Below, in pieces: positions 19,661-28,681 of a DNA stretch of 64,000 nt. Position 1 is the stretch's first letter. Each line of letters opens with the position of its first letter. Location of the stretch: NCBI GenBank assembly GCA_965221905.1, contig OZ244922.1, positions 2,688,001 through 2,752,000 on the forward strand, written 5' to 3'. This DNA is from Chloroflexota bacterium. Its GTDB lineage: Bacteria > Chloroflexota > UBA11872 > VXOZ01. Under the pieces are notes generated by a model. The model did not search any database. It worked only from the letters and a program-made list of their open reading frames with translations, and had not been told where the DNA came from. Made by a program: the position numbers and the translations under genes.

Positions 19661-20941
19661 TCACGTCCGCTGGTTCTCGTAGAGGGTGGAGCAGCCTTGG
19701 TTGACTGCGGAGGCCACGTCGTCGCCGCGCACGAGCGCCTCCACCAGGTCGTACATAGCGCGATGCTGGGCCGGATCATGCGGCTCCGCGCGACCGTGTT
19801 CCATCGACTGCTGTATCGCCGTGACTTCTTCCGGTAGGAGGTCTGACCGGATCTGCCCAAGCCGCGCCACCGCTTCTCTCTCAGCGGGAATATAGACATG
19901 TGGCTGCATAGCGTGCACGAGTCCCCTGAGAGCCGTGTAGGCTGCTTCCGGCTTGGCAGTTTGCGCGACAATCGCGATTCCCGGATCGGTCCTGACCGGC
20001 ACGCTGCGTACTTTGCCCACGGGTAGCTCTGCCCGGCGATAATGGTCATACGGTGGCCCAATGGGGACCGGGCGATACACCATCGCAGGCGGCACTTTCC
20101 ACTCCCATTCCGCAGGAGAGACGCGGTGGGTGTGTATCAGGCCGCGGACATAATCCAAGGCTTCGATCGCTGCCGGTTCCTGGAGCAGACATTGTGAGGT
20201 AAGCGGGTCAATCATCTCGGTTTCGTTCTGCCAAAGCGCCCACCAAACAGAAAAGCCGTGTGCTGCCAGCCCCCAGCGCGACACTGTCCCGTCCTCCTCC
20301 CGCTGTGTCAGCTTGAGCGCGTTTTCCAGCAGGTCGTCCCAGTCCCAGCTACTGTCCGGCGGCACTACTCCCACCTGCGCAAAGTAGTCAACATCGTAGT
20401 AGAGCATCTGTGGGCCAGCGCCTATTGGCAGGGCGTAAAGCGCGCCGCTCTCTCGATTCGGATCAAGTACAGACGAGTAGAACTCCCCATTGAACCCAGA
20501 GCCATCGCCGCTGAACCGGTCCAAAGGCAGCAAGACGCCCATCTCCCCGAGCGCGCGCGCCTCGTCAGGCCACACGGTCACGAGATCTACGTCTACTTCA
20601 TCCAGCCACGCCGCCAAGTGCTCCACTTTGCGGAACTCCTGCGCAGCGGGATCAGAGTAGGATCCTGCGTAGCGCTCAACGTATTGCAGGGCAAGGCTGT
20701 AGCGCCCGCGCATGGGACCGAAGGGGTTTTCATCGTCATCCGCCAGTTTCCGCTCCATCCGTCGAAGCTTTTCCTCAGGCGGAAAGATACCGGGCCCAGT
20801 GCTGAAACCGGGAAGCGCGCGAGAGACCCAGGTCAATGGAGTGACCTTCGGAGTGCCTAGCTCTGGAAAGGAAAAATCCAGCCCGCCGCAGCCGGCCACC
20901 AGCACCGCTGTGCTTCCTATAAGCGTTCGGCGTGAAAGCAT
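19661..20941 (-). CDS. Tat lipoprotein SBP family 1-like (array copy 5)
   Basis: MLSRRTLIG Tat motif, LVAGC lipobox, SBP motifs; closest to copy 6. Confidence 0.87.
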   Translation of the reverse strand: MLSRRTLIGSTAVLVAGCGGLDFSFPELGTPKVTPLTWVSRALPGFSTGPGIFPPEEKLRRMERKLADDDENPFGPMRGRYSLALQYVERYAGSYSDPAAQEFRKVEHLAAWLDEVDVDLVTVWPDEARALGEMGVLLPLDRFSGDGSGFNGEFYSSVLDPNRESGALYALPIGAGPQMLYYDVDYFAQVGVVPPDSSWDWDDLLENALKLTQREEDGTVSRWGLAAHGFSVWWALWQNETEMIDPLTSQCLLQEPAAIEALDYVRGLIHTHRVSPAEWEWKVPPAMVYRPVPIGPPYDHYRRAELPVGKVRSVPVRTDPGIAIVAQTAKPEAAYTALRGLVHAMQPHVYIPAEREAVARLGQIRSDLLPEEVTAIQQSMEHGRAEPHDPAQHRAMYDLVEALVRGDDVASAVNQGCSTLYENQRT

Positions 20942-21058
20942 GACTTCCTTCCTTGCCGTGAATCCTACATTCTCAAGACTGCAGGGCGCTCCCTAGTGCA
21001 TAAACCAGTCCACCTCTCAACAGCTTTCCCAGTGGGTTTACGCTTCTTGCGCCTGGAA

Positions 21059-21077
21059 GCGGGGGACAGGCCCCCGC
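21059..21077. repeat. REP-like hairpin between SBP paralogs
   Basis: gcgggggacaggcccccgc. Confidence 0.85.
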
Positions 21078-21155
21078 GCTACGATTGGTGAAATGGCGGG
21101 CTAGTGTCGACAATCAGAATTAGCCAAGGAATCACGTCTACTCCCGTGCCTGTCC

Positions 21156-22466
21156 TCAGGCTTGTTGGTATTCACGCACGATGGAGCAGGCTTGATTCAC
21201 TGCAGTAGCAACATCGTCACCGCGTACGAGACCCTGAAGTGCTGAATCCATCGCAAATAACGCCGGGGCGCTTCGCGGCTGGGCGCGACCATGCTCCATG
21301 GACTGCTGAATCGCCAGGACCTCTTCAGTATGAAGGTCTGACCGTAATTCCTCGAGCCGTGCTACCGCATTTCTCTTTGCGGGAATTACCACATGCTGCT
21401 GCAAAGCGTCGACAAGACCCTTTAGTGCAATGTAGGCCGCCTCTGGCTTCTGTGTGCGCGCGACAATGCCAATCCCTAGGTCACCGTACACTGGAACGCT
21501 GTGCACTTTCCCCTGAGGCAACTTTGCTAGGTGGTAGTGTCCCGGCGGGCGTATGGGAGGACTGCTATACACCATGGCTGGCGCGAACCTTGCCGGCTCA
21601 AGAACGAGTTTCACTAAATCCATGTAGAGGAGCGCAGGAGAAACACGATGAGTGTGCAGCAGGCTGTGCACGAACTGCAGGGCTTCGACGGCGACCGGTT
21701 CCTGCAGCCGGCACCGCATCGTCTCCAGGTCAACCACGTCCGCCTCGTTCTGCCACAACGCCCACCAGAGTTGACTTCCATGCGCTGCCAACCCCCAGCG
21801 CAAGACTGAGCCATCCGCCCTTCGCTTTGTCAGCTTTAGCGCGCTTTCAACGAGATCATGCCAGTCCCAGATGCTGTCTACTGGCGGGGCAACATCCTCC
21901 AGCGCAAAGTAATCAACATCGTAGTAGAGCATCAGCGGACGTGCGTCGACCGGCAGGGCGTAGAGCGCCCCTTGCCGAAACTGCTCGAGCACACTTGGGT
22001 AGAATGCCTGTTCAAGGGCAAAGCTGTCGGATGAAATTAGCTGGTCTAGAGGCAGCAACACGCCTTCTTCCCCTAGCGCCCTTGCCCCCTCCGGTCCCAC
22101 AGTTACGAGGTCTGCCCCAAGATCGTGCAGCCATTGAACGAACTCTCCCTCGGCCAATTCCGGCAACTGTTCCACGTGGCGCAAAGTGAGGCGGTACTTT
22201 CCACGCTTCTGACCATAAGGGTTCTCTTCATCCTCCTCAAGGGCAGATACGGCCTCTTGGTATTTCTCCACAGGGCGGAGGCCTGCAATGGGATTCATAA
22301 GGCCAGGGAACCAGCTAAAGGTCACCCAGGTTAGCTCCGCCTCTTGTGGTGAGCTTGGCGCGGAAAAGAATGACCCAAGAGGACCACAACTGGCTGCGAG
22401 CACCGACGCGCCTCCGATCATGGTTCGGCGTGTTAGCCTGATTCTCCGGCGAAGTTCCATAGTCAC
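21156..22466 (-). CDS. Tat lipoprotein SBP family 1-like (array copy 4)
   Basis: LTRRTMIG Tat motif, LAASC lipobox, SBP motifs; start overlaps the stop of copy 3. Confidence 0.87.
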   Translation of the reverse strand: MTMELRRRIRLTRRTMIGGASVLAASCGPLGSFFSAPSSPQEAELTWVTFSWFPGLMNPIAGLRPVEKYQEAVSALEEDEENPYGQKRGKYRLTLRHVEQLPELAEGEFVQWLHDLGADLVTVGPEGARALGEEGVLLPLDQLISSDSFALEQAFYPSVLEQFRQGALYALPVDARPLMLYYDVDYFALEDVAPPVDSIWDWHDLVESALKLTKRRADGSVLRWGLAAHGSQLWWALWQNEADVVDLETMRCRLQEPVAVEALQFVHSLLHTHRVSPALLYMDLVKLVLEPARFAPAMVYSSPPIRPPGHYHLAKLPQGKVHSVPVYGDLGIGIVARTQKPEAAYIALKGLVDALQQHVVIPAKRNAVARLEELRSDLHTEEVLAIQQSMEHGRAQPRSAPALFAMDSALQGLVRGDDVATAVNQACSIVREYQQA

Positions 22467-23718
22467 CCACCCGATGGACCACCTGTTTGCTGGTACTCCC
22501 GCAAAACGGAACAGGCCTGGTTGACCACGGTTGAAACGTCTTCGCCCCGTACCAGACCCTCTGCTATCGCACTCATGGCGTACAACTCCGGCTTGCCTTG
22601 CGGCAGTCGCGGCATCTCCCGTTCAGCCGCCATGGAACGCTGAATTGCCTGGATTTCGTCGGAGCGGATGCCGGGCTGAAATTCTCCGAGCCGTTCGATT
22701 CCGTCCCTGGTTGCGGGCACGGTGGCATGCCGCTGCATGGCGTGCACCAGACCCTGGAGGGCCGTATAGGCCGTCTCAGGACTTTGTGTTCCCGCGGCGA
22801 TAGCAAGCCCAACGCCTGCCCTCACCGGCACGGCCTGCGTCTTGCCTTGGGGAATCTGAGCCAAACCGTACGAGCCAAAACTCGGGCGCAGCGGCGGGTT
22901 ATTGTAGACCATAGCCGGTGGCGGGGTCACCTTCATCAAATCCATGCCGAGAGCAAGTGGCGACACCTGCAAGGTGTGCAGGAGTTTCCACACAAATTGC
23001 AGCGCTTCGATTGCGGCCGGTTCCTGCAAACGACACTGCAACGCTGCCGGGTCCGCTACGTCCGCATCGTTTTGCCACAGCGCCCACCAGAGCTTACTAT
23101 GCGCCCGCAATCCCCAACGCCGCACTACGCCGTCTTGCCCGCGATTAGTTAGCTTCGCCGCATTTTCTGCCAGTTCGTCCCAGCCCCAACTGCTGTCAAC
23201 CGGCGGCACTCCCCGCTGTGCGAAATACACTCTGTCGTAATAGACCATCACGGGCAAGGCGCTAACCGGCAGCGCATAGAGCGCCCCTTGCGCCCGAAAC
23301 TGATTCAGTACCCCCGGAAAGAACACCGCGTTGAGCGCACTTTCATTGGCGTCGCTGAACCGATCCAGAGCATGCAACACCCCCATTTCCCCAGTAACCT
23401 TGCCTCCTCCACGGACACTGTGAGCAGGTCCGCCTTGAGCTCGTGCCATGCATCCACGTCGTCCCAGCGGGGCGCCTGCTGTATAGCGCGAACTTGGAGA
23501 CGGTAACGCCCGCCCGGCGGGCCAAGCGGATTCGCTGGGTCTTCATTTAGGGCGTCGACTATTTGCTGCTGATTGCCAATGCCGAGGAATGGCCTCCAGA
23601 CCCACACGAGCTCAGTCTCGTGGAGCGTGACCGGTCCGGACACTAGCGACTCAAGCTGACCGCAGCCAACGGCACATAGGGCTGCCGCGCTGACTGTCAA
23701 CGCTCGGCGTGAAAGCAT
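22463..23718 (-). pseudogene. Tat lipoprotein SBP-like paralog (array copy 3), frameshifted
   Basis: ORFs 23305-23718 and 22463-23449 join as RLLGEMGVLH if one base is added to the 4-nt G/C run at 23389-23392; could be a homopolymer sequence error. Confidence 0.8.
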
Positions 23719-23835
23719 GACTTCCTTCCTTGCCGTGAATCCTACATTCTCAAGTCTGCAGCGTGCTCCCTAGACCAATAACCAGTTCACCTCTCAACAG
23801 CTTTTCCAGTGGGTTTACGCTGCTTGCGCCAGGAA

Positions 23836-23854
23836 GCGGGGGACAAGCCCCCGC
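23836..23854. repeat. REP-like hairpin between SBP paralogs
   Basis: gcgggggacaagcccccgc. Confidence 0.85.
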
Positions 23855-23932
23855 GCTACGATTGGTGAATTGGCGGGATTGTGTCGACAACGAAAATTAG
23901 CCAAGGATTCACGTATACTCCCGTGCCGGTCC

Positions 23933-25204
23933 TCAGGCTTGTTGGTATTCACGCACGATGGAGCACGCTTGGTTGACTACAGTCGCCACATCATCGCCGT
24001 TCACGAGAGCTTCAACTAAATATCTATCTGCACGTAATTGCACCCCTGTTTGCGGCCAACCGCTTTCATGTTTCATAGACTGCTGTAGCGCGGTCACTTC
24101 TTCCGGTCGCAGGTCCTTCCGGGTCTCTCCTAGCATCGCTACCGCTTCTCTCTGTGCGGGCACAGTCACGTACTTCTGCATGACGTTCGCCAGACCCCTC
24201 AGCGCTGAATACGCGGCCTCCGGGTTGGCGGTTCTCGCCGCAATCGCAATCCCGAAGTCTCCAAGCACCGGCACGGCGCGCACCTTGCCGCGCGGGATCT
24301 CTGCCAGCCGGAAGTCGCCGTGGGACGGGCGCTTCGGGGCAAGACTGTAGACCATCGCCGGCGGCGTCCCCGACTCAAAGATCAATGTCCCTAACTCTCT
24401 GTACAAAGCAGGCGAAACTCGATAGGTATGGAGTAGGTCGCGAAAGAACTGCAGGGCTTCAGTCGCCGCCGGCTCCTGCAACCGGCACCGCAACGTGTCC
24501 GGATCTACCACGTCCGCTTCGTTCTGCCAAAGCGCCCACCAGAGCCCATAGTTGTGAGTCGCCAGCCCCCAGCGCGCCACGGCGCCGTCTGCTCTCCGCT
24601 TCGTCAGCTTTGCCGCATTCGCCACCAGGGCATCCCAGTCCCAGTTGCTATCCACCGGCGGCACGCCCTCCCGCCGGAACTGTGCAGCATCATAGTAGAG
24701 CACCTGCGGGCGCACCCCTACCGGCAGGGCGTAGAGCGCGCCATTCGCTCGAAACTGGTCGAGCACATTGGGATAATACTCTTGCTCAATGTCAGGTCCA
24801 TCGGTACCGCTGAACCGGTCCAGGGGCAAGAGCACCCCTCTTTCTCCTAGAGCCTGCGCGCCATACGACCCCACCGTCACGAGGTCCGCTTCAAGGTCTT
24901 CCAGCAGTGCTGCATACTCATCCAAACCCGGCCACGTACCGACTCGCCGCAGGGTAAGGCTATAGCGGCCTTGTTCGAACCCATAAGGATCATCTGCATC
25001 CTCTGCAAGTTCTGCCACTGCTTGCCGATATTTCTCAAGAGGTCTCACCCCGTGTGTGCCAGTGAGACTTGCAATCGCATCGGAAAACGCCAGATTCAAG
25101 CTTGTTTCTTGCAACGGGCCTGTCACCTTCGCCTGAGACTCGAGAAAGCCGCAGCCAGCGGCAAGCGCCGCTGTACTTCCAATCAGCGTTCGGCGTGAAA
25201 GCAT
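23933..25204 (-). CDS. Tat lipoprotein SBP family 1-like (array copy 2)
   Basis: MLSRRTLIG Tat motif and LAAGC lipobox; same length (1272 nt) as, and near-identical to, copy 7. Confidence 0.87.
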   Translation of the reverse strand: MLSRRTLIGSTAALAAGCGFLESQAKVTGPLQETSLNLAFSDAIASLTGTHGVRPLEKYRQAVAELAEDADDPYGFEQGRYSLTLRRVGTWPGLDEYAALLEDLEADLVTVGSYGAQALGERGVLLPLDRFSGTDGPDIEQEYYPNVLDQFRANGALYALPVGVRPQVLYYDAAQFRREGVPPVDSNWDWDALVANAAKLTKRRADGAVARWGLATHNYGLWWALWQNEADVVDPDTLRCRLQEPAATEALQFFRDLLHTYRVSPALYRELGTLIFESGTPPAMVYSLAPKRPSHGDFRLAEIPRGKVRAVPVLGDFGIAIAARTANPEAAYSALRGLANVMQKYVTVPAQREAVAMLGETRKDLRPEEVTALQQSMKHESGWPQTGVQLRADRYLVEALVNGDDVATVVNQACSIVREYQQA

Positions 25205-25320
25205 CTTCCTGCTCCTTCTCGGTGCCGCTTCTTCTCTTGTCCGCGGCGTACTTCCTCGCGTACGAACCAAGCGATCTCTCAAGGGAATCCTAAGTGAGTT
25301 TGGGCTTCTTGCGACGGATG

Positions 25321-25349
25321 GCGGGAGGGGGGGGGGGACAAGCCCCCGC
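25321..25349. repeat. REP-like hairpin with an expanded G11 run
   Basis: gcggga-G11-acaagcccccgc. Confidence 0.8.
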
Positions 25350-25409
25350 GCTGCGCTGGCTAGGATGACAGTTTAGTGTTGACAAGGAGCATCAGCCAAC
25401 GGTCGCCGT

Positions 25410-26675
25410 TTACTCCTGCGTCTTCCCACCTGTTTGCTGGTACTCACGCAAGAGGGAACAGGCCTGGTTGACGACCGTCGACACGTCGTCACCGCGCACA
25501 ATTCCCTCTACTAGTGCTGCCATGGTGTAGAGTTCCGGCGCGCCCTGCGGCATACGTGGCATCTCGCGTTCGGCTTCCATTGACCTTTGAATTGCCGTCA
25601 CTTCCTCCGGCCTCAATCCCTTTTGGAACTCCCCAAGCCTTTCAATTGCTTCTCTCGCTGCGGGCACAGCGGCATGCCGTTGCATGGCATGCACCAGACC
25701 CTTCAGCGCCGTGAAGGCTACATCAGGCTTCTCAGTATTTGCGGCAATACCGACTCCCACGCCCGCCCTCACGGGTACAGCACGCACTTTGCCATGAGGG
25801 ATCTCTGCCAAGCGGTAGGAGCCATAATTCGGACGTAAAGGGGGATTTGTATAGACTATGGCTGGCGGCGGAGTCATCCTCACTAAGTCCATATTGAGAA
25901 GGGGAGGCGAAACTCGGTCTCTATGCAGTAGCCCGCTCACGAATTGAATGGCTTCTACAGCGGCTGGTTCTTGAAGCCGACACTGCAATGTTCGACTGTC
26001 AACCATCGCCGCTTCGTTCTGCCACAATGCCCACCAGATTTGACTATGTGCCGACAATCCCCAACGCCGCACGACGCCATCTTCCCCACGATCAGTCAGT
26101 TTCATCGCGTGGCGTGCAAGCTCATCCCAACTCCAATTCCCCTGCACTGGCGAAACCTGCTTCAGGGCAAAGTAGTCAACGTCGTAGTACACCATCAATG
26201 GCAATGCACTTGCGGGCAGCGCGTAGAGCGAGCCCTGTGCCTGAAACTGATTGAGCACACCCGGAAAGAAGGCCGAGTTGAGCGCAGCCCTATCAGTGCC
26301 ACTGAACCGCTCCAGTGGCAGCAGCACTCCGTTCTCCCCCAATACCTTCGCCTCTTCCGCCGACACGGTTAGCAAGTCCGCCTCAAGACCGCGCCATGCA
26401 TTTAGATCATCCCAGCTTGGCGCAAGAGCCAAGTTGCGCAGCTTAAGTCGGTAGCGTCCCCGCTGTGAGCCTTCAGGGTTCTCATCGTCTGCGGCGAGCG
26501 TAGCAATTATCTGCTGCGGATCATCAAGTCCAACTAGCCGCCGCGAGACCCAGGTAAGTTCAGTCTCTTTGGGCACGCTCGGCCCGGAAATAAGTGACTC
26601 GAGTGGGCCGCAGCCGACAGCAGCAAACGCCGAAGCGCTGGCCATCATTACTCGGCGTGAGAGCATAGTATTCAT
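25410..26675 (-). CDS. Tat lipoprotein SBP family 1-like (array copy 1)
   Basis: MLSRRVMM Tat motif, AAVGC lipobox, SBP motifs; closest to copy 3. Confidence 0.87.
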   Translation of the reverse strand: MNTMLSRRVMMASASAFAAVGCGPLESLISGPSVPKETELTWVSRRLVGLDDPQQIIATLAADDENPEGSQRGRYRLKLRNLALAPSWDDLNAWRGLEADLLTVSAEEAKVLGENGVLLPLERFSGTDRAALNSAFFPGVLNQFQAQGSLYALPASALPLMVYYDVDYFALKQVSPVQGNWSWDELARHAMKLTDRGEDGVVRRWGLSAHSQIWWALWQNEAAMVDSRTLQCRLQEPAAVEAIQFVSGLLHRDRVSPPLLNMDLVRMTPPPAIVYTNPPLRPNYGSYRLAEIPHGKVRAVPVRAGVGVGIAANTEKPDVAFTALKGLVHAMQRHAAVPAAREAIERLGEFQKGLRPEEVTAIQRSMEAEREMPRMPQGAPELYTMAALVEGIVRGDDVSTVVNQACSLLREYQQTGGKTQE

Positions 26676-26848
26676 CCTAGATTTACGGTTTTGGATTCTT
26701 GCTGCATCCTTTCATCCGATTCGCAGCCAAGAAACCGCAGAGTGCCCAAGAAAATGTCGATGTCTACTCCTGGGCACTCCGCAAGTCCCCTCAGCCCTCC
26801 TTCCACTCGCATTTTAAGGAGAGAAGCAATCTACCAGAATGCGCTTTG

Positions 26849-27169
26849 TCAACTGCACGAAATGCACCCTACTAAGGTGACTTCATTGTGGCAGGCCCCT
26901 CCTGAGAGGCAGTGAACTCCTGTTCGCACGTGGTACCTGCCTTTGTCGTTACCGCAGCCATGGTCGCCGCAGAAGCCATTAATGTGGTAGCTACCCGTCT
27001 CGCAGAAATAGGGTCCCACACAATGATTGTCGGCAGAAACTCCTACAGCAGCGAGACCGGTGAGCACGGCAGCGCCTGTGGTGGCGCGCACCAGTCTTCC
27101 CAGAAATCCGCGTCGGTTCATGCTGGCCTTTGCCAGGCCGACACTCGCATTCGCAAATAGCTTATCCAT
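26849..27169 (-). CDS. Small Tat-exported Cys/His-rich protein with MauA-like leader (106 aa)
   Basis: GGGAGG RBS before MDKLF; NRRGFL twin-Arg motif; VSA|D cleavage site; 60-aa mature part with 8 Cys, 6 His, 0 Trp; occupies the mauA position after mauE-mauD. Confidence 0.85.
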   Translation of the reverse strand: MDKLFANASVGLAKASMNRRGFLGRLVRATTGAAVLTGLAAVGVSADNHCVGPYFCETGSYHINGFCGDHGCGNDKGRYHVRTGVHCLSGGACHNEVTLVGCISCS

Positions 27170-27271
27170 GGGTTTACCTCCCATGCTTTGCATGCATTGC
27201 GTCTGTGATGCGACTATCGCGTGGGACATCTTTACACTTGGTGTTCGGGTTCCACGCTCTGTGCGCGGATG

Positions 27272-27844
27272 TCACACGCTCTCATTCTTTGGCAAGCTGC
27301 CGGTCGTCACATCAGTAGCGAGCAGCTCGCCTAGCACATGCACATCGTTCACCACCCCCTTTCCAGCGATTTTGCCATCGGCATCGACCACGAAGCCGTA
27401 CGGCGTCCAACTACTGCCGTACAAGTCGGCTATCTCATGCTCCTGCTGGATCACCAGCGGACACGAGAGCTTGAATTCTGCAATCATCTCTTGGTTCTGC
27501 TCACGGCTGCCGCCGCTTACGAGCACCAAGCGCGCGCCTTGTTCCTCAATGCTGTTCATTTCCCCATTCAGGCTCGCGAACAGTTCCTTGCAGGGCGGGC
27601 AGGTGGGATGAACGAAGAGCACCAACAGCCGCTCGCCAGCCATGGTCTCCAGGTCAACCGCCCCATTGAGACCCTCTCCTTGGAAGAGCGGCGCTTTGTC
27701 ACCGACCGCGATACCGTTCTCGCGCTCTTCCCCGACGCGTAGGCGCAACTCGCCAATCTGCCGCATGAGGCCAATGACGACGAAGGTGAGCAGGCCCATG
27801 AGGACCCATTGCAGTAGGTACGATGCCAGCCAGATGCCTTCCAT
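27272..27844 (-). CDS. MauD-like membrane-anchored thioredoxin-fold (TlpA/redoxin) protein
   Basis: N-terminal TM followed by RQIGEL, VGDKAP, FVHPTCPPCKEL, TPYGFVVD; AGGAGG RBS before MEGIWL. Confidence 0.85.
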   Translation of the reverse strand: MEGIWLASYLLQWVLMGLLTFVVIGLMRQIGELRLRVGEERENGIAVGDKAPLFQGEGLNGAVDLETMAGERLLVLFVHPTCPPCKELFASLNGEMNSIEEQGARLVLVSGGSREQNQEMIAEFKLSCPLVIQQEHEIADLYGSSWTPYGFVVDADGKIAGKGVVNDVHVLGELLATDVTTGSLPKNESV

Positions 27845-27887
27845 GCCTCTTGCCTCCTGATCCACTTTGGCGACCGGTTGCCGTTGA

Positions 27888-27936
27888 TGCTTCGACCCTT
27901 CGACAAGCTCAGGACAGGCAACCTCAGCACGAACGG
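27888..27936. repeat. Nested REP-like elements of the CTTCGACAAGCTCAG family
   Basis: tgcttcgac[ccttcgacaagctcaggacaggc]aacctcagcacgaacgg; the outer part is the reverse complement of the 60742 repeat with one mismatch. Confidence 0.8.
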
Positions 27937-27986
27937 ATCCGCGCATGCTCACCATAGTGTGTTAGAGCCTAGCCCCTCCGCCCCGC

Positions 27987-28015
27987 CTGGATTCCGGCTT
28001 GCGCCGGAACGACGG
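27987..28015. repeat. REP-like hairpin TTCCGGC-N4-GCCGGAA
   Basis: ctggattccggcttgcgccggaacgacgg. Confidence 0.65.
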
Positions 28016-28029
28016 ATAGTTGCTTTCCT

Positions 28030-28620
28030 TCAATATGATTGGGGAATAGTGCGCAGCCGCAGCAATTCGGCGGCGACGAAGGCCACCGCCCACGCCCCGA
28101 TCACGAACAAGGCAACCCCTGCCACGCTGCTGGCGTCCCCAGTGAGACCGACCTCCACTAGCCAAGTTGCACCGGCAGTGGGCGCCAGGAGTACAAGCAA
28201 TGTCAGGATGACGACCTGCTTGATGATGGTGGCTTTGCCCAGCGGCTGACGGCCCGCGCCGAAGCAGTAGCAGTCGATCCCGCCCCGGCCCTGTGCTAAC
28301 GCCACGGACGAGGCTACGATGAAAGCTACCACCAGGATTACGCCCAACCACACACCCCATGCCACGGCAAAGCCCGTGATGAGCAAAGTGCCACAGAGGA
28401 GTTCCAATACGGGGATCGCGCCACTCACCGGCTGGAGCGCGCGCACCGGCACGAGACCAAATCCCTGCACCGCCGCTTTGAAATCGGACAGGTGCAGCAA
28501 CTTGGCGGCGGCAGCCAGGAGAAAAACGCCACCCACCAGGAATTGGAGCACGAGCACGCCAGTTGCAAGCATTAGCCCGTTCCTTCCAGATCGGGAGGGA
28601 CCTTTTGGCATATCCTCCAC
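28030..28620 (-). CDS. MauE/DoxX family membrane protein
   Basis: VFLLAAAAKL, IPVLELLCG, GIDCYCFG (cf. MauE IDCGCFG); about 5 TM helices. Confidence 0.88.
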   Translation of the reverse strand: MEDMPKGPSRSGRNGLMLATGVLVLQFLVGGVFLLAAAAKLLHLSDFKAAVQGFGLVPVRALQPVSGAIPVLELLCGTLLITGFAVAWGVWLGVILVVAFIVASSVALAQGRGGIDCYCFGAGRQPLGKATIIKQVVILTLLVLLAPTAGATWLVEVGLTGDASSVAGVALFVIGAWAVAFVAAELLRLRTIPQSY

Positions 28621-28681
28621 GATCTCTCTCCCAACCCACTTTTAGCGTCATTATTGACTAGCACTGTTATGTCATACATGC

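Larger units (their letters stand above)
23851..25414. repeat. ~1.55 kb direct repeat, copy 2
   Basis: Near-identical to 16569-18122. Confidence 0.92.

Noticed and set aside
16523-26675. Integron cassette array or diversity-generating retroelement
   Set aside because: No integrase or reverse transcriptase seen; spacers lack attC RYYYAAC/GTTRRRY ends; differences between copies are not restricted to adenines
16651-26675. Conventional ABC sugar uptake operon
   Set aside because: No permease or ATPase gene in or next to the array; the only ABC genes in the window are the wzm/wzt exporter
27845-27955. N-terminal extension of the MauD-like ORF (and similar extensions on SBP copies 2 and 7)
   Set aside because: They translate repeat or spacer DNA (e.g. 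ACPELVEG); RBS and signal motifs support the downstream starts
26849-28620. Methylamine or aromatic amine dehydrogenase operon
   Set aside because: The small protein has no Trp for TTQ and is far shorter than MauA; mauB and mauG are absent from the window
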